Shown: positions 48,685-58,755 of the stretch, one piece after another
Numbering within the stretch: position 1 is the stretch's first letter
How the letters are laid out: every line of letters begins with the position of its first letter
Virus record (IMG/VR): IMGVR_UViG_3300047323_000673
Location: 64,001 to 128,000 of that record
Reading direction: 5' to 3' (one strand)
DNA from: a virus
Length of the DNA stretch: 64,000 bases
Notes under the pieces: generated by a model
What the model saw: only the letters and a program-made list of their open reading frames with translations
Database searches by the model: none
What the model was told of the DNA's origin: nothing
Program-made: the position numbers and the translations under genes

Positions 48685-50379
48685 ATGATAAATCAGGGTG
48701 AAAGTAGAGATAAGCTAGAAACAGAATTATTTGACTCAAACGACTTTAAGGGTATGTTTGATATAGCTGCTCGCCGGCAGTTATTAATTCAAGAAAATAC
48801 TCTTTTGCTAAGTCAGTTTTATAACTTATTGAATTTAGATAACTTAAAAGAATTAGCTAAAAAAGAAAAAATAGGTAATTTTCTAGATGATTTAATCCAT
48901 TTTTTAGATACAGATCAACATTTTAATAAAGTTGAAAAAAAGAAATTTTTAAATGGTTGTGAAAATGTCTTATTTTTGCATGCTTTAATGCTAGGAAAAA
49001 ATGATTCTGCAAAATATTTAAATCAATTTAGAGTTGATAAAAGTTTATACTTAAACCGAAACTTTTTAACTAAGCGTATTAACGAAAAAAATTATGAAGT
49101 AGTAGAAAGCTTATTAGATATATCAGATAATGTAACTTATGACGAAAGTAAAGTATTAAGATTATTATATGTCAGTTTATGTCGTGACTATGAATTCTTT
49201 AAAAAACTAATTGCTAAATATAATTTTGATATAAATGCTTATGGTGATTTAGGCATTAATGATAACTTTAAAGGTAGTTTTCTACATGTATTATCATTAA
49301 TGAATGATGCTGAAGCCAATAAATTTTTTATAGATTTTATAAAAGATTATGGCTCAAAAATTAACTTTGATGTTGCATTTACAGATTCTGAAAGAGATAC
49401 AGAAATCCATGTATTAGATTTAATAATTAATAATGAACAATTAGAGACTTCAGAAAAGATGTCTCGCCTTACTACCATATTAACTTATGGTGCATTAAAC
49501 GAAAAACATGTTTCTCATTTGGCAGGTATATTGATTACTGATGCTATTATTTCTCGTTATTACAATGATCCTATATATGATGCACTATTTGCACATCAAA
49601 GCTTTAATTCAATAAGATTTAACAGAGAGGGAGTATTAAACCAACTATTAAAACTTGATAATTCTGAATTATTTACCAAACTAAGAACAGAAAGTAGCTT
49701 TACCATTAATCCAACTTCTGTAATTTTAGATAAATTTTTTAGGTTCTCATCTCCTATTCAGTCTAATCATACTCATCCATTTATACTTTGGATTAATGAT
49801 AATGCAACTAATAATAATTTTTCAGTTGATACATTATTAAGCTTAATAAAACATTATAAAAATGAATTACATGAATTAAACTTATTCCATATAAAAATGC
49901 CAACTAAAATGGCTGGAATATTAAGACAAGCTGGTGTTGCAATAGCTGAGAAAAAAGGAATTATGTCAAAAATCTTTGGTAAAGAAAAAGATTATGAAGA
50001 AAAAACGACTATTACATCTAGTTCAGATAAAAAAGTAGAACCAGCAATTGATACACCAAGTCAGTCAGGAGGTGCAATAGAAGTTAATAAACCTGTTGAT
50101 TTTAATAAGAGTTTATTCATAACAATTAAAGATGAGGAAATATCTCAATTTGTAGATAATATTGTAGTAAAAACTAATCAACTATCTAAATTAATTGATG
50201 AAGAAAATGTGGATTATACATATATAAAATGCACGCTTCCTAAATTGGTGAACACCACTATTGAGAATTATTTTAAATTTTCTGACATTAATGCTGTTGA
50301 TGCAAGAAAAAATGCTTTAATTCAAGTAAAAATGTTACAAAAAAGGGTAAATGATTTAATTGTTAAAAATCAAAATTAA
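48685..50379 (+). CDS. large hypothetical protein, untagged; paralogue of 36988..38748
   Basis: 564 aa; shared blocks along the full length. Confidence 0.8.
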   Translation: MINQGESRDKLETELFDSNDFKGMFDIAARRQLLIQENTLLLSQFYNLLNLDNLKELAKKEKIGNFLDDLIHFLDTDQHFNKVEKKKFLNGCENVLFLHALMLGKNDSAKYLNQFRVDKSLYLNRNFLTKRINEKNYEVVESLLDISDNVTYDESKVLRLLYVSLCRDYEFFKKLIAKYNFDINAYGDLGINDNFKGSFLHVLSLMNDAEANKFFIDFIKDYGSKINFDVAFTDSERDTEIHVLDLIINNEQLETSEKMSRLTTILTYGALNEKHVSHLAGILITDAIISRYYNDPIYDALFAHQSFNSIRFNREGVLNQLLKLDNSELFTKLRTESSFTINPTSVILDKFFRFSSPIQSNHTHPFILWINDNATNNNFSVDTLLSLIKHYKNELHELNLFHIKMPTKMAGILRQAGVAIAEKKGIMSKIFGKEKDYEEKTTITSSSDKKVEPAIDTPSQSGGAIEVNKPVDFNKSLFITIKDEEISQFVDNIVVKTNQLSKLIDEENVDYTYIKCTLPKLVNTTIENYFKFSDINAVDARKNALIQVKMLQKRVNDLIVKNQN

Positions 50380-50492
50380 TCACCAATATTATGACCTATT
50401 GTTAAAAATCAAAATTTATTTTTAGTATTTTGAACAAAATCATAATTTTTAAGGTATAATTATTCTTATTGTTAATATGCAGCGAGATAGTT

Positions 50493-50720
50493 ATGACTTT
50501 TGACACCTTATATGTTATCGTTTATTGGATGGAATGGATTGGTATTTCTTGTGTTGGTAACACAGTGTACCCCAATAAAGAAGATGCAGAAAAACATATT
50601 GAAGAGCTAAAAAAACTTCCATCATATCGTGATGAGAAATATAAAGCTATTACTCTATCAGAGTATATTAGTGATGAACGAGAACAGGCAGTTAACGAAG
50701 TTCGCTATCCGCTTGGCTAA
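50493..50720 (+). CDS. small hypothetical protein, tandem paralogue of 50729..50965
   Basis: start moved to ATG 50493; LYVIVYWMEWIG...VY...A...I..LK...L.EYI...QA.NE.RYP. Confidence 0.65.
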   Translation: MTFDTLYVIVYWMEWIGISCVGNTVYPNKEDAEKHIEELKKLPSYRDEKYKAITLSEYISDEREQAVNEVRYPLG

Positions 50721-50728
50721 AAAATATC

Positions 50729-50965
50729 ATGATAAGATTATCTGAATTATTTGTAATCATTTATTACATGGATTGGGTTGGGTTGTGCCTTGAGGGTGAT
50801 TTTGTTTATACTAGTAGAGAGCAAGCACAACAAAAAATTACTGCATTAAAAGAAACACCTTATGCTATTCAACAGAAAATTGAATATCAGGTAATGCCTT
50901 TAGATGATTATATTAATGCACAGTGTAAACAAGCAATGAATGAAGCTAAATATCCAATTCATTAA
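50729..50965 (+). CDS. small hypothetical protein, tandem paralogue
   Basis: LFVIIYYMDWVG...LDDYI...QAMNEAKYP. Confidence 0.65.
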   Translation: MIRLSELFVIIYYMDWVGLCLEGDFVYTSREQAQQKITALKETPYAIQQKIEYQVMPLDDYINAQCKQAMNEAKYPIH

Positions 50966-50970
50966 ATATT

Positions 50971-50992
50971 AAAGCCTCCATTTGGAGGCTTT
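50971..50992. terminator. bidirectional intrinsic terminator
   Basis: AAAGCCTCC-ATTT-GGAGGCTTT between convergent units. Confidence 0.8.
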
Positions 50993-50995
50993 ATT

Positions 50996-51778
50996 TTATA
51001 ACTTAGGTTTTTTTGAATTCCGGTTATCATCTTTGGGAAGATTTTCTTCCAATGATTTCTTCAAATCCCTAATAGTAAATAGTTTTTCTACTTCATCATT
51101 TCCCTTTTTTACCAAAGCCTCTTTAATAACTTTATTTTTTTTAAGCTCTAGGTCAATTATTAAATACTGAAGGATCTCCATATTTTGACCATTTAGAGCA
51201 ATTTTAAATAAATCCTCTTTATGGATTTCTCTATGTGAATGATTAATAAATTTAGGAGAATTAAAATAATATTGAAGAATATTCAAATTACCATATTCAC
51301 AGGCACTATTTAGCATCTGCCCATTCATAATACTCATTTGTATAGATGGATTAGAACTAAAATTTTCTAAAATATATTCCACTATATCTAATCTGTCAAA
51401 ACAAGAAGCATTATATAAAATAAAATCATATAAAGAATTCTTATCTTTTATTTTTGGCTCATTAAATAGGTATTTAATAATATCAATATTGCCATCTCTA
51501 CAGACTTCCCTGGCATTTTCAGAAAGAATAAAAAAGTTATTAAAAGAGTCTGACCAATTCGTTGAATTAATAAAATATTTCAATATACCAATTTGGTTAT
51601 GTTCACAAGCAATAGAAAATAAATTATATGTTATATTAAATGGTTGGAAGCTAGGATTTAGTTTTTCCTTAAGTTCCAGATTAATTATTTTTTCAAAAAA
51701 CATAATATCACCATTTTTAGCAGCTTCATTAGCTTTATCTAATAATTGTTCATGGGATAGATTAAGTAATTCATCCAT
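50996..51778 (-). CDS. divergent ankyrin-repeat protein, tagged
   Basis: ends SKKPKL. Confidence 0.8.
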   Translation of the reverse strand: MDELLNLSHEQLLDKANEAAKNGDIMFFEKIINLELKEKLNPSFQPFNITYNLFSIACEHNQIGILKYFINSTNWSDSFNNFFILSENAREVCRDGNIDIIKYLFNEPKIKDKNSLYDFILYNASCFDRLDIVEYILENFSSNPSIQMSIMNGQMLNSACEYGNLNILQYYFNSPKFINHSHREIHKEDLFKIALNGQNMEILQYLIIDLELKKNKVIKEALVKKGNDEVEKLFTIRDLKKSLEENLPKDDNRNSKKPKL

Positions 51779-51779
51779 A

Positions 51780-52592
51780 TTAAACCTTTAATTTCTTACT
51801 ATTTAAAGAGTTGTCATTGATAGGTAAATCATTATGTAAACTTTTGTTTACTTCTCTAATATTAAAACAATTTTCAATTTCATCACGAGCTTCAATAGGA
51901 AGATTACTGCGTATAGTTTGTTTAAGTGTATCAGTCTTTTCTATATTGAGGTCTAAAATAAAGAACTTGACTATTTCTAGATGTTGTTTTTTTATAGCTC
52001 TTTCAAAAACACTTTCAAAATTATTAATTTTATCTTTATAATTTTCTATTCGTGGCTCATCAAAAATATATTGAATAATATCTAGACGGTTAGCTTCACA
52101 AGCAACATCTATAATATATCCATTTTCTGCTTCAATTTGTTCCTGTGTTTGATTCCTATTTGGTAATCTTCGGAAATATTTAAGCATATCTAAAGAGTGG
52201 TTAGTTATAGAGATATTAGTTCCGGCTGAACACCACCCATTATAAGTGGCAAAACTTTTAATTTCAGGTGTATTTAATAAATAATCAATTATATGTGTAT
52301 GCCCAGAATGACAAGCTTGTTCAAAAAGACAATTAATATCTTGATTTAAATCGAAATGTTTATCCAATTTTGGAGAAGTAGTTAAATATTTAAGCATTTT
52401 GAGATTGCCATGTTTAATACAATCTATTAATGGATTATTATATGCGTTTTGTTGATACACTATCTTACGAATAAACTCATCTTTGGATGTTAATAATTGA
52501 TGAACTTTTTTAAAATCATTGTTAATGCAAGCTTGAGAAAATTCCTCTTCTATCTCCCAGCTTTCTTTTATTATTGGATGTATTATTCTCAT
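51780..52592 (-). CDS. divergent ankyrin-repeat protein, tagged
   Basis: ends SKKLKV. Confidence 0.8.
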   Translation of the reverse strand: MRIIHPIIKESWEIEEEFSQACINNDFKKVHQLLTSKDEFIRKIVYQQNAYNNPLIDCIKHGNLKMLKYLTTSPKLDKHFDLNQDINCLFEQACHSGHTHIIDYLLNTPEIKSFATYNGWCSAGTNISITNHSLDMLKYFRRLPNRNQTQEQIEAENGYIIDVACEANRLDIIQYIFDEPRIENYKDKINNFESVFERAIKKQHLEIVKFFILDLNIEKTDTLKQTIRSNLPIEARDEIENCFNIREVNKSLHNDLPINDNSLNSKKLKV

Positions 52593-53158
52593 AATTTTGT
52601 CTTTTTTGCTTTAGCTTCTTTAGTATTAAGTTCTGAATTTAATGATGTATTTAAATCTCGCATTTCAAGTAATTTTTCAAAATAGTCTTTTAATTCTCCA
52701 GGCAATTGGTTCAGATCTAAATTAAAAGATTCAGTTCTTGGAATATTCAATTCAGTAATAATATATTCCATCATTTTTATCTGTTTAAAACGAGCAGCTT
52801 GATTAAAAGCATGTTCAAGATCAGCATATTTTTCCTTATATTCTTTTAAATGTGGTGTTTTAAAAAGATAATCCATAATTTTGAATTTTGCTTCACCACT
52901 AGCAATATGTAATGCTGATCCATCATTTATAGTTCTATAAACAGGTTCTGAATCAACAAGATTAAGAAGATAATCTAAAACTTTAGGAGAATCATTATGA
53001 CAAGCATTGTATACTCCTTGAATGCAGAAATGCTCATGTGTACGATTTAAATGTGGAGTATTAAAAATGTAATCAAGTATATGTATATCTTCATTTTTAC
53101 ATGCCTCTTCAAATTTAAGGTATAAATCTTTTTCATTTAAATTACTATAATCAGTCAT
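52589..53158 (-). CDS. divergent ankyrin-repeat protein, tagged
   Basis: start moved to ATG 53158 (TAA-T-ATG, MTDYSNL like paralogues); ends AKKTKL. Confidence 0.8.
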   Translation of the reverse strand: MTDYSNLNEKDLYLKFEEACKNEDIHILDYIFNTPHLNRTHEHFCIQGVYNACHNDSPKVLDYLLNLVDSEPVYRTINDGSALHIASGEAKFKIMDYLFKTPHLKEYKEKYADLEHAFNQAARFKQIKMMEYIITELNIPRTESFNLDLNQLPGELKDYFEKLLEMRDLNTSLNSELNTKEAKAKKTKL

Positions 53159-53159
53159 A

Positions 53160-54020
53160 TTACACCTTTGGTTTTTTAGTTTTGGCATCATTAAATTGTA
53201 AGTTATTTACCAAGTCATGAAAATCAAACATTTTTTCAATTGCCTCGTTAGGAAATTTTTTTAAATGTTCCGCAATATCTTTCGTTTTTTCAATATTGAA
53301 GTCAACGATTAAATATCTCAAAACATTAAGCATTGTACCATTATGAGCACACTTATAGATTATATCATTATCTTCATGGATATGTATCTTATCTTTAAGA
53401 TCAGGTGAAGTTAATAGGTATTTAATAACATCTATTTTATCATTTGATTCAGCAGTGTACAAAATTGTACTATTTTTCAATGTTTTGAGAGCAAATGAAT
53501 AGTTTGTTTCAAAGAAATATTTTAAAACATGATTATGTCCATTTCTTACAGCTAAGGTAACTCCATACTCAAAAGCAGGAAAGTTACTTTTAATTCCTAA
53601 CTCTTGTTTAAACAAATAATTAATTATTTTTAAATGTCCGTTTTTACAAGCTTCATAGAAGCCTGCTTCAATACCATTAGGTTTTTTTTTAAGATTTAAC
53701 TCAGATGAATTTAATAGATATTCAACAATATCTAATTTTCCATTAGAACATGCAACTTTAAATGCATCCTTTAATAAATATTTTTTAAATTTAGCAGAAA
53801 TAATATTGTTTAATTCTTCAGAATTAATCATATATTCTATAATATCAAGATATCCTTGTTCAGCAGCAATTAATAACATATTTTTAGGGATGGTATTATT
53901 GCATTTTTTAGCCTTAGTAATATTAAATATTTCTTTAATAAGATTTAAATCATTATTAAAGCAAGCAGTGCATAAAACAGAATTAAGATCTTGCTTTGAG
54001 AGTTCAGAGTAATTCTTCAT
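53160..54020 (-). CDS. divergent ankyrin-repeat protein, tagged
   Basis: ends TKKPKV. Confidence 0.8.
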   Translation of the reverse strand: MKNYSELSKQDLNSVLCTACFNNDLNLIKEIFNITKAKKCNNTIPKNMLLIAAEQGYLDIIEYMINSEELNNIISAKFKKYLLKDAFKVACSNGKLDIVEYLLNSSELNLKKKPNGIEAGFYEACKNGHLKIINYLFKQELGIKSNFPAFEYGVTLAVRNGHNHVLKYFFETNYSFALKTLKNSTILYTAESNDKIDVIKYLLTSPDLKDKIHIHEDNDIIYKCAHNGTMLNVLRYLIVDFNIEKTKDIAEHLKKFPNEAIEKMFDFHDLVNNLQFNDAKTKKPKV

Positions 54021-54021
54021 A

Positions 54022-54777
54022 TTAAACCTTTGGTTTTTTACTTATAGAAGTATTATCAGATTGAGTAGATAATTCTTCTTTTAAAGATTTATTTAACTCT
54101 CTAACATTAAACATATTATCTACATCTTTTTTAAAGACATGGCTCATATATTCTTTAATATCTTCAGTTTTTTCTAAATTTAAATCAAAGATAAAATATC
54201 TTAAGACTTCAAAGTGATTACGGTCATAAGCTGCTCTAAATAATTGATTCCCATTATCTTGAAGACCAAACTTTATTTTTATATCTGGTGACTCCATTAA
54301 ATATTTTACAATTTCAAGCCTACCTTCATCACAAGCAGCATCTAAAATAATGCCATTTTTCAATCCTTTTAGCATGAGTGGATCATCAGGAAAGGATTCA
54401 AAAATATATTTGAGAATATTCAAATGGCCAAAACTACTACAATATAATGCAGCCATCATGGGAGCATCAGAATTAGCATTCTCATCCTTAAGCTCTGGCT
54501 GCTCTAATAAAAATTTAGTAATCTCAAAATAACCTTTTTCACAAGTAATTTTTACTAATTCCCTAACTTCATCTAATACTTTAAATGTTCTTCTAGCTTC
54601 CCACATGTCAAAGATGCATTTAACAATTTCTAATTGATTATCAAAGCAACCATGAAGAAGCATTTGATGAACAGATACTTGATTAGAATATTTGAACAAA
54701 TCCGAATCTAAAAAATTTTTTAAAAAATTAATATCACCATTTTTACATGCATTATAAACTTCTTGTACAGTAATCAT
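54022..54777 (-). CDS. divergent ankyrin-repeat protein, tagged
   Basis: ends SKKPKV. Confidence 0.8.
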   Translation of the reverse strand: MITVQEVYNACKNGDINFLKNFLDSDLFKYSNQVSVHQMLLHGCFDNQLEIVKCIFDMWEARRTFKVLDEVRELVKITCEKGYFEITKFLLEQPELKDENANSDAPMMAALYCSSFGHLNILKYIFESFPDDPLMLKGLKNGIILDAACDEGRLEIVKYLMESPDIKIKFGLQDNGNQLFRAAYDRNHFEVLRYFIFDLNLEKTEDIKEYMSHVFKKDVDNMFNVRELNKSLKEELSTQSDNTSISKKPKV

Positions 54778-54778
54778 A

Positions 54779-55543
54779 TTATACTTTCATTGTTCTATTT
54801 TTATTTTTACTACTAGTAAGTAAATTATTTTGAAGAGAGTTATTTAAATCTCTTATCTCAAACATCTTTTCTACATCTTTATTAGGATATGTGTTTAAAT
54901 ATTTTTTTATACTTTCAGTTTTTTCAATATTTAACTCAAATATGAGATATCTTAAATTCTCTAATGCTTGTTTTTCACAAGCTGTTTCAAATCCTTTTGC
55001 TAGATTTTTTTGCAAATTATAATTAGGTAAACTTATTAAATATTGTAAAACTAAAATATTATTATCTTTACAACAAGCAGCATCAAAAATTTCTTTTTCA
55101 GGATTTGGAATATTAGACATATAATTCTCATGTGTCTCTACAAAATATTTTAAGATATTTAAATGTCCATATTGAGCAGCACACATTGTTCCAAAATAAA
55201 GTATAGTAGAATTATGGTTAATTTTTATTGATGGTGTATCAGTTAAATATTTAACTATATCTATATGACCATATTGACTGGAATAATTCATAAATTGTGA
55301 AATATTTAGTGAATTATTAAAATATTTTTCAAATGGAGATTCAAAAAGAACTTTCATTATTTCTAGTCTACCTAGAATACAACATTCTTTAATCATTGCA
55401 ACCATAAACTGATCAAATTTTGATTCATGGATTAACCAGTTAGACTGTAAAAATTCTTTTACAAAATTGACATTATCATTTGCACAAGCTTCTTGTAATT
55501 TATCAGCTATTTCCTGTGGAGTAAATGTATCAATATTTTTCAT
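54779..55543 (-). CDS. divergent ankyrin-repeat protein, tagged
   Basis: close paralogue of 55546..56310; ends NRTMKV. Confidence 0.8.
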   Translation of the reverse strand: MKNIDTFTPQEIADKLQEACANDNVNFVKEFLQSNWLIHESKFDQFMVAMIKECCILGRLEIMKVLFESPFEKYFNNSLNISQFMNYSSQYGHIDIVKYLTDTPSIKINHNSTILYFGTMCAAQYGHLNILKYFVETHENYMSNIPNPEKEIFDAACCKDNNILVLQYLISLPNYNLQKNLAKGFETACEKQALENLRYLIFELNIEKTESIKKYLNTYPNKDVEKMFEIRDLNNSLQNNLLTSSKNKNRTMKV

Positions 55544-55545
55544 AC

Positions 55546-56310
55546 TTAAACCTTTGGCTTTTTATTCACAGAAGTGTTTAATTCCATATTTGAATGCAAA
55601 TTATTATGTAAATCTCTTATTTGGAACATTCTTTCTACTTCATCATTTTTATATTTTTTCAAATAAAAATTAACATTACTATTTCTTTCAATATTTAAAT
55701 CAAAGACAATATATTTTAAATTATCTAAATTACCTTTGTATAAAGATGATTCAAATCCTTTTTCAATATTTTTTTGTACATTATAATTGGGTAATGTTAC
55801 TAAATATTGTAAAATAGGTAAATTATTTTTCCGACAAGCAGATTCAAAAATTTCTGATTCAGGTTGAATGCTATTAACTAAATAATTTTTATTTGGATCT
55901 AATAAGTATTTAACGATATCTAAATGACCATGTTCAGCAGCAACCATTGCACCAAATTGAGGAGTTGTAAAATTGTCTCCGATTTTTACTGCTGGCGTAT
56001 CAATTAAATATTTAACTATATCAATATGACCGTTTTTACTAGCATGTGTGAAAAAACATTGAATTTTGTGAGGTGAGTTAATTACAGGCTCAAATACAGA
56101 ATTAAAAAGATTTTTTACTATATCTAAAGAACCATGAATACAACTTATTTCTAGTAAATTAAGTATTAATTTTTCAAATCTAGGAATATTAGATTCACTT
56201 ATCCAGTCAGATTTTAAAAAATCATGTAAAAAACTAGCATTGCCAATTTTTGCCACCTCTTTTAACTTATCTACAAGTTCATTGGGAGTAAGTGTATCAA
56301 TATTCTGCAT
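55546..56310 (-). CDS. divergent ankyrin-repeat protein, tagged
   Basis: ends NKKPKV. Confidence 0.8.
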   Translation of the reverse strand: MQNIDTLTPNELVDKLKEVAKIGNASFLHDFLKSDWISESNIPRFEKLILNLLEISCIHGSLDIVKNLFNSVFEPVINSPHKIQCFFTHASKNGHIDIVKYLIDTPAVKIGDNFTTPQFGAMVAAEHGHLDIVKYLLDPNKNYLVNSIQPESEIFESACRKNNLPILQYLVTLPNYNVQKNIEKGFESSLYKGNLDNLKYIVFDLNIERNSNVNFYLKKYKNDEVERMFQIRDLHNNLHSNMELNTSVNKKPKV

Positions 56311-56312
56311 AA

Positions 56313-57086
56313 TTAAACCTTTAATTTTTTGTTTTTTTCTTGATTAATACTCATCTCAGACTTTAAATTACTATTTAAATCTCTCATCATAAACATTTTT
56401 TCAATTTCTTTGTTTGGTTTTTCTTTGAGTATTGCTGCAATATCATCAGTTTTATCTAAATTTAAATCAAATATTAAATATTTTACAACATCAAAATTAT
56501 TGTTTTCATATGCTGCTCGAAAATGACAATCAGAATGTTCGTGAATATTATCATTATGTAAAACATTAATAGAATGAAGATATTTTAAAATTGGAACTTC
56601 TCCATACTCACATGCGGTATTTGTTAAGTTGCCATTTTTAATGACATCTTCATTTAATAAATATTTAAACTCCTTTAAAAGATATTTAATAATATTTAAT
56701 CTACCATCTTTCGCAGCATTTGTTAATCCTATTGAAAATAAAATTGCAGGGTTTGATCGTTGAACATGTAAGTCTTTAGATAAATATTCAACTGTTTTTA
56801 AATGACCATTTTCACAAGAAATTTTAAAATATTCTGTAATATAGTGTTCACGATTAATCCTATTCTGGAAAGGAGAAGACTCAATCAAATATTTTATAAT
56901 ACTTGTTTTTCCATTAGAACAAGAAGTTAGGCCCATTCTATAAAAAAGATTACCTGTATCCATTGAATAAATAGTATCAAAATCATTTTTAATAATTTGT
57001 TTCAGAAGATTAATTTGACCTGAACGACAGGAACTTAATAATTTATCGCTTAATGCTGCTTCAGTTAATGGAGAATAGTTATTCAT
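56313..57086 (-). CDS. divergent ankyrin-repeat protein, tagged
   Basis: ends NKKLKV. Confidence 0.8.
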   Translation of the reverse strand: MNNYSPLTEAALSDKLLSSCRSGQINLLKQIIKNDFDTIYSMDTGNLFYRMGLTSCSNGKTSIIKYLIESSPFQNRINREHYITEYFKISCENGHLKTVEYLSKDLHVQRSNPAILFSIGLTNAAKDGRLNIIKYLLKEFKYLLNEDVIKNGNLTNTACEYGEVPILKYLHSINVLHNDNIHEHSDCHFRAAYENNNFDVVKYLIFDLNLDKTDDIAAILKEKPNKEIEKMFMMRDLNSNLKSEMSINQEKNKKLKV

Positions 57087-57111
57087 AATAAAATGTATTT
57101 TTAATAAATAT

Positions 57112-57139
57112 ATTCTATCAAATAGAAACTAATCATCAA
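57112..57139 (-). promoter_or_regulatory. internal sigma70-like promoter
   Basis: TTGATG-16 nt-TAGAAT with TGn extension in the 61-bp gap. Confidence 0.5.
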
Positions 57140-57147
57140 CTAAATTG

Positions 57148-57933
57148 TTAAACTTTTATCTTTTTAATTGATGATTGTGAATTTTTCAATTCTGATTGAA
57201 GATCACTATATAAATCTCTTCTTTTGAACATTTCTTCAACATGAGAAAGCTCATATGCTTCTATATATTGAGAGATATCATCAGTTTTAGGTAAATTTAA
57301 ATCAACAATCAAATACTCTACAATATGCCATTTATCAAAAGAACAAGCTGTTCTAAAGTAAATATTTTTATCATGGGAAAGTTCAATATGCTGACTTAAT
57401 TTAGGATTCTGCATGATATATTTAATTATATCAAGGTAGCCTTCCATACAAGCTGTATCAAACATTTTACGAGCCAAATGATAATGATGTAAATCATAAT
57501 CTTTAGTAAAGTCATCAATTAGATATTTAACTATAGATACATGTCCTTGCTCATAAGCATTCTTAACCCCCTCTGTAAATGAAACTGCTTCATAAATATT
57601 CCTTTGTAAGCCAGGTGTTTCCAATGTATATTTAACTATATCTAAACAACCATTATTACAGGCATTTTTAAAGATATAATCATTATAAACATTTATATTA
57701 GCATGTTCCTTTAAGTCAGGCGATGTTAATAAATAACTAAAGACCTCTACATTATTATTGTCAGCAGCATGTCTTAATGCTTTATCATTTCTATAATGAA
57801 TATTTATTTTAAAAGGAAGTACTGAAGATGTTAATAAATACTTAACTGACTCAATATCATTTTTTTCGCAAGCATTAACAAACTCATCATGTAATGCTTC
57901 TTCATCTAAAAATTTATAATCATCTATTTTCAT
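57148..57933 (-). CDS. divergent ankyrin-repeat protein, tagged
   Basis: LLTSPDLKEHANI repeats; ends IKKIKV. Confidence 0.85.
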   Translation of the reverse strand: MKIDDYKFLDEEALHDEFVNACEKNDIESVKYLLTSSVLPFKINIHYRNDKALRHAADNNNVEVFSYLLTSPDLKEHANINVYNDYIFKNACNNGCLDIVKYTLETPGLQRNIYEAVSFTEGVKNAYEQGHVSIVKYLIDDFTKDYDLHHYHLARKMFDTACMEGYLDIIKYIMQNPKLSQHIELSHDKNIYFRTACSFDKWHIVEYLIVDLNLPKTDDISQYIEAYELSHVEEMFKRRDLYSDLQSELKNSQSSIKKIKV

Positions 57934-58697
57934 ATTTTTATTCTTTTATTTGTAGTTTGATTATCTTCAAGCTCGGAAGTAAGCTGTTGATTTATTTCTC
58001 GTAATTCAAATAATTTAATAACAGATTCATTAGGATTTTTGGAAAAATAGCTTTTTAAATCATTGTCTAAATTTATATTTTTATTAAAGATAAAATATTT
58101 AATAACTTCCATTTCATCAAATGAACATGCACTTTTAAATGCTAAGTTATAATTGATAGGAAAACGATAATTAGTTAAATCAGGTGATTCTAAAAGATAC
58201 TTTACAATATCAATATGACCATGTTGGGAAGCAGCAGAGAGTATACCTCCATTTAATAACATTTTTCCGATTCTAGAATTATCTTTTTGAGGAGTTAATA
58301 GTGCCTGTAAAAGATGAAGATGTCCATTTCTAGATGCAATTAATGCTTGATCCATACAAAATTTTGAGAAAATATTATCTTTAATTATACTAGAATTCGT
58401 TATTATATAAGAAATAATTTCGAATTCGTATTCATCACAACATTCTAGTAAAATTCCATTAACATTATCAGGCAAATTAACATATTGAGAAACATAATTA
58501 TCTTCAAAAAGATATTTTACAATATTTAAATGACCATTTTTACCTGCCTCATAAAGTAAATCATACCCATAGTTGTTATACTCTTCAAACATTAATTTAT
58601 CAGTTAATTTTTGGAGGGTTTGCAAATCTCCTATTTTACAAGATTCTTTTGCTTTTTTAAATAACTCACGCTGAGTTAAATTATGATAATCGTTCAT
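57930..58697 (-). CDS. divergent ankyrin-repeat protein, tagged
   Basis: ends NKRIKI; ATGA overlap. Confidence 0.8.
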   Translation of the reverse strand: MNDYHNLTQRELFKKAKESCKIGDLQTLQKLTDKLMFEEYNNYGYDLLYEAGKNGHLNIVKYLFEDNYVSQYVNLPDNVNGILLECCDEYEFEIISYIITNSSIIKDNIFSKFCMDQALIASRNGHLHLLQALLTPQKDNSRIGKMLLNGGILSAASQHGHIDIVKYLLESPDLTNYRFPINYNLAFKSACSFDEMEVIKYFIFNKNINLDNDLKSYFSKNPNESVIKLFELREINQQLTSELEDNQTTNKRIKI

Positions 58698-58722
58698 ATT
58701 AATTTTAGTTATATAGATCTTT

Positions 58723-58750
58723 ATTATAGCAAAATAAAATTAATGAACAA
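58723..58750 (-). promoter_or_regulatory. internal sigma70-like promoter
   Basis: TTGTTC-16 nt-TATAAT with TGn extension in the 58-bp gap. Confidence 0.55.
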
Positions 58751-58755
58751 TAAAT

